A stretch of DNA of 64,000 nucleotides from positions 458,063-522,062 of the forward strand of contig CAVPBK010000009.1 of assembly GCA_963701855.1 (NCBI GenBank), read 5' to 3'. Made by a program: the position numbers and the translations under genes. Under the pieces are notes generated by a model, which had not been told where the DNA came from, did not search any database, and was given only the letters and a program-made list of their open reading frames with translations. Positions 55,651 to 64,000 of the stretch are shown here, in pieces. The stretch is from Nitrospirota bacterium. GTDB lineage: Bacteria > Nitrospirota > Nitrospiria > Nitrospirales > Nitrospiraceae. Positions within the stretch are counted from its first letter, which is position 1. Each line of letters opens with the position of its first letter.

Positions 55651-55675
55651 TTCAAATCTCGCCCCCTCCGCCAAC
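55651..55675 (+). other. tRNA-Ser(TGA) 3' end duplicate (att core)
   Basis: 25/25 identity to 31936-31960; TGTAGC x2 at 55513 and 55524 upstream. Confidence 0.85.
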
Positions 55676-55974
55676 CAGTCTGGACAACAGAGAATCATTC
55701 TCTGTTTCTCGGAGATTGTCGCGATGTTGCGCCAGGTTAGTGCGCGTAAGTTCCCCGTGTCTGTCCTGCTCTGAGGCGACTTCTCGGGTGTTGGGCGGGG
55801 TTGCTCTGTGCGGCCCTATCACAGTCCCTTTTGACCGATTTCAAAGGGACTGTGATTTCAAATGACTGTTCCCCCTCCAACGAGTCTGGGCACGCGATAC
55901 TCGTCCCCGCTTCGCGAAGGATCATTCGACTTTTGTGCAGCATTGCCCGCTTTTTTGACCATTGGCCATCGAGC

Positions 55975-56100
55975 TTGCCAGCCTCCAATGCACGGAGGAC
56001 ATCGAATTCGCTGATGAATCCGATGAGCCCGCTTCGATCATCGACTACCGGCACGCCAGGCGTATAGGTGGTCAATAATTCCAGAGCCACGACCATCCCC
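55975..56100 (-). pseudogene. CBS-domain fragment
   Basis: TPGVPVVDDRSGLIGFISEFDVLRAL. Confidence 0.65.
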
Positions 56101-56114
56101 TTTGGGCCGGCTCG

Positions 56115-56420
56115 GAGGATCTCACCTTCTCGGCCAACACCCTTCAGGCGGCTGACCTCTTTCCGGAATGCCTCTCGCGAAGTCGCCAGCGGTGCTTCGT
56201 CGCGCGCCAACAGCATTCGCTTCTCACGCCAGGCATACAATAGCGCCGATGGTCGCCCAGTTCCTTCGCCAACTCCCCGTGTTGTCGCACTGCGCCAGTC
56301 GGTCCACAGCCATCTGCCGAAACGCCTTTGGAAACTTGACCACACGTTTCTTCGCCACTTGCCCCCCTTCGTATGCGAAGTGTGCCAATTCGCCTTGTCT
56401 CAATCTAGGAGGTCAGTCCA
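56115..56420 (-). mobile_element. IS3-family left end and orfA remnant
   Basis: TGGACTGACCTCCTAGATTGAGACA end; VAKKRVVKFPKAFRQMAV..ELAKELG..LLYAWR..KEVSRLK across frameshifts. Confidence 0.65.
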
Positions 56421-56465
56421 GAGGATGAAAGCGGACGCCGCGATCCAATTTCGTGCGACATCCGA

Positions 56466-56828
56466 TCATGGTTGGTACGAACGGATCGACAACGCCCGAT
56501 TCTGTTCGTTCACCTTCGCCTCGATACGATCTCCCTGCTTAATAGTGACAGCCGATTGGGTTTTTTTGTCGATGTGCAAACGCACTACGTCGGCGTCTAA
56601 CTCCCTAACCAAATAGTAATCGGATTCAACGTGCAACACTTCGCCCCTGAGTGTCCTGACCCCCGCCACAGCTATTTCGTCTTTCTTAGTAAGATCTTGC
56701 CTGCCGGCATTTTTGTCGGCCTCCAAATCATCCGCAACATTATCGATCGCCAGCGCTGCATTGGAGAGACCGAAGCACAGCAAGAAACCACACGACAGAA
56801 CGCCAATCATTTTGGGTATTGATCCCAT
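56466..56828 (-). CDS. Small exported OB-fold-like protein, paralogue 3
   Basis: MGSIPKMIGVLSCG..LRGEVLHV..GDRIEAKVN; GAGGAGG upstream. Confidence 0.8.
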   Translation of the reverse strand: MGSIPKMIGVLSCGFLLCFGLSNAALAIDNVADDLEADKNAGRQDLTKKDEIAVAGVRTLRGEVLHVESDYYLVRELDADVVRLHIDKKTQSAVTIKQGDRIEAKVNEQNRALSIRSYQP

Positions 56829-57350
56829 GAGAGCCTCCTCGGTTGGATGGAAAAAACGCATACATGAAATTGTACGCTCTTCGAAATCTTACTATCTGAG
56901 CAATTTTGACCAGCCTGCGGGAGTTTCCCAGCAGGTTGTGGGAAAAATCGTGCTTTCTTCTTTCCCCTTAGGTAAATGGGTAAAACTAGCTGGGGTAGGT
57001 TCAAGCGATCAACGCAACACCATCTGGAGTACAGTGGAGTTGGAGGGTGATCGTGATGGGACATATGGGACGTCCGGGCTTGTCTGTGGCCCAGAAAGCG
57101 GATCTCTGGCATCGATGGAAACAGGACAGTCATTAAGCGAGACATCTAGAACGGCAACTATTTGTCACCGAAATCGTCTGCAATCGCTTTGATTCATACA
57201 CATACCAATCGAAGACTACTTGCCAAACTTTAGCCCCCCCTCTTTAGTTCGGCCTCACCTACCTCTACGGTATTTTCAAAAACTCTGCCCTGCCCCAATA
57301 TCATATCGAACAGCCCGCTTCATGGGTATCGCTTCCTGGAGGACAGACCG

Positions 57351-57551
57351 ATGCATAAACAGATTGGGAAGATCGGGGCCATTCGTCGAGAGTTAAACGG
57401 CAAAGCCTGCCCCTTCTGCGGAGGCCACAAGTATCAGCTCGTGCTTCGCGGGAACATACAGCCACAAACTGAAGAACTCTTCGCCCGCTGCTCTCAGTGC
57501 CAGCGTCCTCGCGGACTTGATGAGGACCTCGGTCAAATACTCTGGATGTGA
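57351..57551 (+). CDS. Small zinc-ribbon protein
   Basis: CPFC..CSQC; GGAGG upstream. Confidence 0.7.
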   Translation: MHKQIGKIGAIRRELNGKACPFCGGHKYQLVLRGNIQPQTEELFARCSQCQRPRGLDEDLGQILWM

Positions 57552-57590
57552 GAATACTTCCGCATTACCTCAATACAGAAAGAAAGCCCG

Positions 57591-57932
57591 ATGCACGTCC
57601 TCTCTTCCTCAATCGAATCCATAATGTTGCGCGGCGCACACAAGAAACAGAAGCGAACTGCATTACGCATGTTGGCACTCAGTGGTGTCCTCAGATCCAG
57701 CCATGCCGAACTCCATTACATTGCACCCATAGCCTGCATGACCGCTATTCGCAGGCTGCCGACCGCGATCGAGCATCAGCAGAACGACCCTCTCCCTTTG
57801 CCGTCATGGGATCATGACACCACACTCAGCATGAAACAGTTACGGCAATGGGCACGTAACCTCTCATCCTCCCTTGTCCAACTTGCGAATAGACCGATCC
57901 TACGTTGGTGGACTAAACAGTTAGACCTGTAA
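57591..57932 (+). CDS. Hypothetical protein
   Basis: 113-aa ORF downstream of the zinc-ribbon gene. Confidence 0.4.
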   Translation: MHVLSSSIESIMLRGAHKKQKRTALRMLALSGVLRSSHAELHYIAPIACMTAIRRLPTAIEHQQNDPLPLPSWDHDTTLSMKQLRQWARNLSSSLVQLANRPILRWWTKQLDL

Positions 57933-58091
57933 ATCTTTACCGTCTCTGCGAGAATTTTTCTTGATCCACCTCGCGAATCGCTTGTACCTCCCACATGGCC
58001 TAGGGTAAGATCACGGCTCGCTTGCTGGTCTTCCTACGGTCATCACCCTGCTCACAGATGATTGGGAACCCCGCATAGAGCTGAGATCAGT

Positions 58092-58183
58092 GGAGAGGTG
58101 GCCGAGTGGCCGAAGGCAGCAGTTTGCTAAACTGCCGTAGGGGGAAACTTCTACCGAGGGTTCAAATCCCTCCCTCTCCGCCA
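58092..58183 (+). tRNA. tRNA-Ser(GCT)
   Basis: GGAGAGG/CCTCTCC, GCAGT-TTGCTAA-ACTGC, long variable arm, CCA. Confidence 0.97.
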
Positions 58184-58337
58184 AAGCCTATCTTGTTCAT
58201 GTGGTCTATTCGGTCTGTCTTGTGTGTTTGGTTGAATGAAATGAACCAGATAGACCAGAGTATCCAGACAGTCCAGGCAGCTTGATTTTTCCAGGACGAT
58301 CCTGTAACAGTGCCTCGCTCTTCTTGCCGGAAACCGT

Positions 58338-58413
58338 GCCGAGGTAGCTCAGTTGGTAGAGCACAGCCCTGAAAAGGCTGGTGTCGACAGTTCAATTCTG
58401 TCCCTCGGCACCA
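58338..58413 (+). tRNA. tRNA-Phe(GAA)
   Basis: GCCGAGG/CCTCGGC, CAGCC-CTGAAAA-GGCTG, 76 nt, CCA. Confidence 0.97.
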
Positions 58414-58723
58414 CTTATCAATAGCTTAGAGCCTCCATCCTACCTCAGGCCCTCTTTCGGTCCCGCTATAGGTTGAACATCTATTCTATTAAATACCCTA
58501 TGCTAAACTTCCACGCCTTTGGAACGGTTTGGGAGACTTGGTTATCCATCCAAGATAATCACATGCAACCTTTTTCAATTCACCACGGTAAATCTCTCAC
58601 AGAGCAACGCATTCGTGTTCCCATGAAAGATCGCTTACGCGCCCGCCTCTGGATGACTGTCCAAACATTTAACAAGACATATACGTATTATCCAAACCCA
58701 TCCGATCGTTGGGGATCTGAAAC

Positions 58724-59704
58724 TGGACTTCCCAGACTTTTGCGGATACGTGAAGCCCGTTTCGCCACGGCTTCAAACGCCTCCGGACGTATACCGCTCA
58801 GATGACGGTGTCAACGGGTGCGAGTGTCGAACCTCTCGATGTCATCGGCGATCTCGGCATTGGCAATCGCACGAGTCCTGTAGATTCGCTTCTTGATCCG
58901 CTCCTTCTTCACGCTGCTAAAAAACGATCGGCCACTGCATTCTCCCAGCCGTGTCCACGCCGGCTCATACAGGGCTCACGATGAGGCTCATGGCAGAAGC
59001 GCCGCCACGCATCGCTGCCAAATTGCGATCCTTGATCGGAATGAATCAGGGCGTTCTTCGGCTTGCGTCGTCGCACGGCCATGAGGATTGCGTCCAGCAT
59101 GAGTGCTTGGGCCAGAGGGGGTTTTGTTGACCAACCGACAATGCGGCGTGAGTAGCGGTCAATCACGACAGCAAGATAGAGCCAACCTTCCCATGTGCGC
59201 ACGTACGTGATGTCGGTGACCCAGGCTTGGTTCGGCCATTGGACGAGAAACCCTCGTTGCAGCGTATTGGGGTAAGGAGCGCCGTATGGCCTCTGGCATA
59301 GCGGGGGGCGCGGTAGCCGTATCGGGCGTTCAGGGTATTGGCCCTCATCCTCCGAGCGACACGAGGCGTGTAACAGGTCTCGCCCGCGTCTCGCAAATCG
59401 AGAAAGATACGCGGGGCACCGGAGACGCCGTGGCTCGCCGTATAGGCCGCATGGATCAGGCCGAGCAACCGCTGATCCTCCAACGCTCGATCGGATAGGG
59501 GTTTACGTAACCATTCATCGAACCCGCTGCGCGATACGTCGAGGAGACGGCACATGACTGCCGTCTCCAACTCACGACGCTGTGCCTTGATGAACGCGTA
59601 CTTTCCTCGGATACCCGGCGATCCGGTTCTGCGCCGATTGCCCATTGGTCCTCCCCTGGTTCTAACGACCACCCAAAGGTGTCCGTTAAAGCCTGGGAAG
59701 TCCA
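58724..59704 (-). mobile_element. Degenerate, internally deleted IS3-family element
   Basis: Ends TGGACTTCCCAGACTTT / AAAGCCTGGGAAGTCCA; WVTDITY, WLYLAVVID, IHSDQGSQF across frameshifts. Confidence 0.88.
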
Positions 59705-59767
59705 AACAACACACACTTTCGAAGGAATCACCGCCTGAAACGGGTCGCCGTGACTCCTTCGATTGAG

Positions 59768-60226
59768 CTATCTGATGATGATCTCAGGAGTGCCGGTATC
59801 CGCGTAACCGCCTCTGAGTTTTTCCCGAGCCGTTGTGGCCAATTTTTCATAGTGGGTGCGGAACGTCTCGATCTCTCCCAGCGACAGATCTTCCAGTGTC
59901 AACATGACATTGTGAGCGCCGCTCGTGGAGCGGATTAGCTCATCGAGTTTCAGTTGAAGCGCGGCACGAGTGCGATTTTGGGTATTCTGAATCAAGAACA
60001 CCATCAGAAAGGTCACAATGGAGGTCACGGAGATAAGGGTAAACTGCCAACTATCACCGAAGTGGAGGAACGGGCCGGTCATCGCCCAGATTGCGACGAA
60101 GCAAGCGGCGGCGGCAAACGCCAAGGGGTGGCCCGTGAGGTATTCAGTCTGCTTCGCCACACGATCAAAACGATCAATGAATGTGAGTGGCCTAGCGGCG
60201 GTTTGGCCCTGCTGCGAAATAATCAT
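59768..60226 (-). CDS. Low-affinity iron permease family protein
   Basis: W..TGP..F.DSWQ..TSIVTFLMVFLIQNTQNR..LQLKLDELIR. Confidence 0.9.
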   Translation of the reverse strand: MIISQQGQTAARPLTFIDRFDRVAKQTEYLTGHPLAFAAAACFVAIWAMTGPFLHFGDSWQFTLISVTSIVTFLMVFLIQNTQNRTRAALQLKLDELIRSTSGAHNVMLTLEDLSLGEIETFRTHYEKLATTAREKLRGGYADTGTPEIIIR

Positions 60227-60858
60227 CTTTCTCTCCCTCCAATAGATTTCAAAGTGATGATCTGGGAAGATGGCTGTCACGGGGAACACTGCAATACAGT
60301 TGAGGAGGTCGAGCGAGAACGATCACGCTGGATGAGAGGATTGTGGGCCGCAGTAGCTGTTTCCGATGAAATCACGGCTCGGAGCAAAGCCCGCTGCAGT
60401 CCGCCGGGTTGCTCTATACGAGAACTAGCATGCCGAGGCTAAGGAGCAATATCAGAGCATTGTCCTTCGATTTACCAGCGGAAGAGCGTGTCCGATCACG
60501 ATATTTATGTTCCTATGCTGTCACAACCATAGTGCCACAGTCCACTAGGGGAACTCCTAGATGCCAGAAATGGCTGTGATGTCTTCTCATACACCTTGCC
60601 GCGGGTTTACTGGTGATTGAACAATGAAAAAATGAGTGCAAGGTTGTTGAAGCCCTATTTTTACTCAGCTAACGCATGCGGCTTCGTCCTCTTCGAGAAG
60701 AGAATTAAAGCGAAGCAGTGGGACCAACGAATATTACTAAAGTGAGGCCCCAAATGTGCCGAATGGCTTCCCGCCAAAACCAGAAACGACGACTGATCGA
60801 TCAGCCCAGATTCATCGCGCAACTCCCTGTAGGGTAGTGCGTTCAGCATAGAGGTAGT

Positions 60859-61035
60859 ATGTCCCCCTCACAAACGGTCGAGGAGTTCCGAACCGCAACG
60901 AAATCCCTGCTCAAACTCTTTCGCGCTGGAAAATCGTTGACTGAAGTTGAGGAACCCATCATCGCCGCTAAGATGGACGCGCTACGCGTAGACTTTCCTG
61001 ATTGGAAGAAGAGGCGCACAAGAATACCCCCGTAG
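60859..61035 (+). CDS. Small hypothetical protein (58 aa)
   Basis: GAGGT then MSPSQTVEEFRTATKSLLKLF..DWKKRRTRIPP*. Confidence 0.5.
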   Translation: MSPSQTVEEFRTATKSLLKLFRAGKSLTEVEEPIIAAKMDALRVDFPDWKKRRTRIPP

Positions 61036-61242
61036 TGTAGCAGGGACACCCTTCGTCATCCCCGCCGTCCCCTACCCTGCTACCCTTTCCATTTCCCATG
61101 GTTGGCTCCTCCCTGCGTTTGATCCCCTATACTAGGAGAGGGCAAACGCCGCTCCCCCTGCCGTTCTTGAAGACATAGGCATTCCGGCGTTCGCAACACA
61201 CTCACGAACGAACACCTCACGCACGGTCCGGTCCTGGTTAAA

Positions 61243-61327
61243 GAAGTGGCCCCAGAAATTTGAACAAGCCGCTAAGTGGAGAATCTGCTACCGTAAATGG
61301 CCCTACTGGGCAATAAAAGGAGACATG
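61243..61327 (+). mobile_element. IS3-like left end truncated at the composition breakpoint
   Basis: GAAGTGGCCCCAGAAATTTGAACA..AAGGAGAC-ATG followed by unrelated sequence. Confidence 0.5.
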
Positions 61328-61414
61328 CCCGAGCCCGCGGACCGTCAAGCCGAGCTCGTCGCACACCGCGACGCCGATCCGCGCGTCCCCGACGTCGAGC
61401 GCGGCCAATCGCAT
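61326..61414 (-). pseudogene. ruvX: Holliday junction resolvase-like RuvX/YqgF, 5' fragment only
   Basis: MRLAALDVGDARIGVAVCDELGLTVRGLG; cut at the junction. Confidence 0.8.
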
Positions 61415-61593
61415 GGAGATGTCGTAACATCCGCTGGCCGGGACGGGCAATCCACGCATGACACGGTCCGGAAATCCCCGGAAAAGCGGCCGTTGCGTTG
61501 ACTTTCACGAATCGCTTTGGCAGGGTGCGCCGACCGCAGACAATCAGTCCAGCGCGTCGCGTTCCCCAGCGCGGCGGGTCGGAGGACCGACAG

Positions 61594-62993
61594 ATGATGT
61601 CGAGACGCCGAAGCCTCGTCGGGGTATTGCCGCGTGGAACAGCACCGTTCCTGGTGGTGCTGTGTGCGGCAACCATGATTCTTCCCTCGCTCGCTCCCGC
61701 CAAGCGCGGTAAGAGCGCGTCGGTGAGCGACCGAGACGATCGCAGCGGCGACACCAGGAGCGGCGAGACGAGCGGCCGATGCCGGCGGCTGACCCGGCCG
61801 CGGTGGCGCGGCCGGCGGCCGACGACGTCGTGGTCGATCCGTCGGACGCTCCGAGCGGCGGCAGGCGCCGAGCCCGCGCCGGTCTTCGGCTCGGAAGGCG
61901 ATTTCGACGAGCACGTGCACGTCCGGCAGGGCGACACGCTCGATCACATCCTCCTGATGAAGGGCATCGGCCCGTCGGAGGCCTACCCCTGGCTGCGCGC
62001 GGCCCAGGGCGCCTACGATCTGAGGCTCGTCAAGCCGAAGCGCGGATTCACGTTGCACTTCGACCGCGCGACCAACCAGCTCGAGTCGGTGCGCTACGAG
62101 ATCGACGACCACTCGCTGCTGACGCTCGAGCGCCGGTCCGACGGCTCGGTGGTCGGGCGCCGCGAGGCCCTGCCATACTTCGTCGAGGTCAAGGGTCTCG
62201 CGTGCCGGATCGAGCGCGGCCTCAAGCAGGACGCGATGGAGCCGGGCTGCCGGCGGAGGTCGCCTCCGAGCTGGTCGACATCTTCGGCTGGGACATCGAC
62301 GTCGGCGCCAACCTCAATCCCGGCGACGAGTTCCGCATCATCTACGAGAACATGTGGGAGACCGGGAAGTCGGCGCCGTCGCCCGGCAAGAACCTCGGAG
62401 CCGAGATCGTGACGCACGGCGTGCCCTTCACCGCCGTGCTGTTCGAGGGTGACGACGGGTGCCGCGCCGGCGGCTACTACGCGCCCGACGGCCGCGCGCT
62501 GTCGCGCGACTTCCTGCGCTATCCGGTGGAGTTCCGCGAGATCAGCTCCGAGTTCTCGGCGTCGCGCTACCATCCCATCCTGCACCGGTGGCGTCCCCAC
62601 AAGGGCGTCGACCTCGCCGCGCCTCGCGGCACGCCGGTGCGAGCGGTCGCGGACGGCTGGGTCAAGATTGCCGGCTGGATGGGTGGCCTCGGTCGCGCCG
62701 TCAGCCTGGAGCACGTCGGCGACCGTGTCACGACGTACGGCCATCTCAGCGACATCGCCCCCGGAATCCAGGAGGGCGCCTCCGTGGAGCAGGGTCAGGT
62801 GATCGGCTACGTCGGCTCGACCGGGCTCGCGACGGGACCGCACCTGCACTACGAGGTGGAGGAGGGCGGCGTTGCCCTCGACCCGATGATCTTCGAGGTG
62901 GAGCCCGATGATCCGGTGGCGGATCAGTCCGCGGCGGAAATTCGACGCGCGTGCGCGCGTCGGTCACGCGCTCGCTGGCGAGCCTGCCCGTGA
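61594..62993 (+). CDS. M23 peptidoglycan endopeptidase (frameshifted in this sequence)
   Basis: VRQGDTL, IFGWDID, HKGVDLAAP.GTPV, YGHL, STGPHLHYE-like motifs over several frames. Confidence 0.8.
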
Positions 62994-63042
62994 GCGATCG
63001 GCCGTCGGCGGTATCGCTGTCGGCCAACACGCTTGCACGCGG

Positions 63043-63847
63043 AGTAGTCGACGCGCTACCTCGAGGGACCGCGCCCCCGTCTCTTCGCCCACCGGGGCGC
63101 GTCGGGGACGCATCCCGAGAACGCGCTGGACGCCTTCGCGGCCGGTCTGGCGGCCGGCGCCGAGCGCCTCGAGCTCGACGTCCACGCCACGTCGGACGGG
63201 CACGTGGTGGTGCTCCACGACCCCGTGCTCGATCGTACCACCGACGGCTCGGGTCCGGTGCGCGAGCGGACGCTGGCCGAGGTGAAGGCGCTCGACGCCG
63301 GGTACCGGTTCGTGGGACCCGACGGTGCGCATCCATGGCGAGGCCGCGGGATCACGATCCGACCCTCGACGAGCTGCTCGCTCGCCATCCCGGCGTGCCG
63401 CTGAACATCGAGGTCAAGCAGGACGAGCCCGCCATCGAGGATGCGGTGCTCGCGGTCCTCGATCGCCATCGCGCGCGCGACGCGACGCTGCTGGCGGCGG
63501 AGCATGCGCCGATCATGGCGCGCATCCGGGCTGCGGCGCCGGATATGCCTGACCGGGTGCTCACGCCGCCGAGGCGGCCGAGTTCGTCTTCCGGCTGCGC
63601 GACGATCGCCTCGCGGGGTGGACTCTGCCGGCCGTCGCGCTGCAGGTGCCGCCGAGCTACGAAGGGATCGAGATCGTCACCGCGGCCTCCGTGGCGGCCG
63701 CGCGCCGGGCTCGGGCTCGAGGTGCACGTCTGGACCATCAACGACGCCGGCCAGATGGCGTCGCTGCTCGCGCTCGGCGTCGACGCCATCATGACCGACG
63801 TGCCCGCCGCGGCGATGGACGTGCTGCGTCGCCGCGGATTGCGCTGA
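63043..63847 (+). CDS. Glycerophosphodiester phosphodiesterase (frameshifted in this sequence)
   Basis: AHRG..ENALDAF..LELDVH..HD..RTT, NIEVK, VHVWTIN, IMTD. Confidence 0.8.
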
Positions 63848-63879
63848 GCATGGGCTGGTGCGCGCCGGCCCGCGAGCGC

Positions 63880-64000
63880 TCAGTGATTCGACAGGCAGCT
63901 GCTCATGAAACTCTTGCGCGCATCGCCCTTCAGGCTCTTCGCCGACGCGTCATGGTTGCAGGTCTTCATCTTCTCCTGCTGCGTCTGGGTCTCCTTGGCG
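63880..64000 (-). CDS. psiF: PsiF family protein, 3' part
   Basis: QQEKMKTCNHDASAKSLKGDARKSFMSSCLS. Confidence 0.8.
   Translation of the reverse strand, partial: AKETQTQQEKMKTCNHDASAKSLKGDARKSFMSSCLSNH

Noticed and set aside
61594..63847. Programmed frameshifting or true pseudogenes in M23/GDPD
   Set aside because: Indel density fits low-coverage read error in the suspected chimeric segment

Overview
A Nitrospira-like chromosome segment in three parts; the taxon is inferred from gene families and intergenic repeats. (1) ~1-24.0 kb is core backbone: ung, a degenerate ProA paralogue, ltaE, gnd, zwf, a HEAT-repeat/HD-GYP pair, skp, a radical SAM protein and serS, with MITE-like repeats between genes. 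(2) ~24.1-58.0 kb is a composite genomic island between serS and tRNA-Ser(GCT)/tRNA-Phe, centred on tRNA-Ser(TGA). It has one intact tyrosine integrase whose element duplicates the 5' half of the tRNA. It also has at least six integrase-less att-like scars: 11-bp-spaced direct-repeat pairs, mostly followed by 3' halves of tRNA-Lys, -Thr or -Ser. Cargo includes DUF3300/DUF2950, PilZ/HD-GYP proteins, NDH-2, a multicopper oxidase, GH13, a NarL-type two-component system and several IS elements. The best-supported finding is a complete IS110 element (49813-50968). Its bridge-RNA target and donor guides, CT core and circle-junction promoter can be read from the sequence, and its target is the terminal inverted repeat of an IS3-type mini-element. 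(3) From ~61.33 kb the sequence switches abruptly to GC-rich, frameshift-ridden DNA (truncated ruvX, M23 peptidase, GDPD, PsiF), most likely a chimeric join with another organism.
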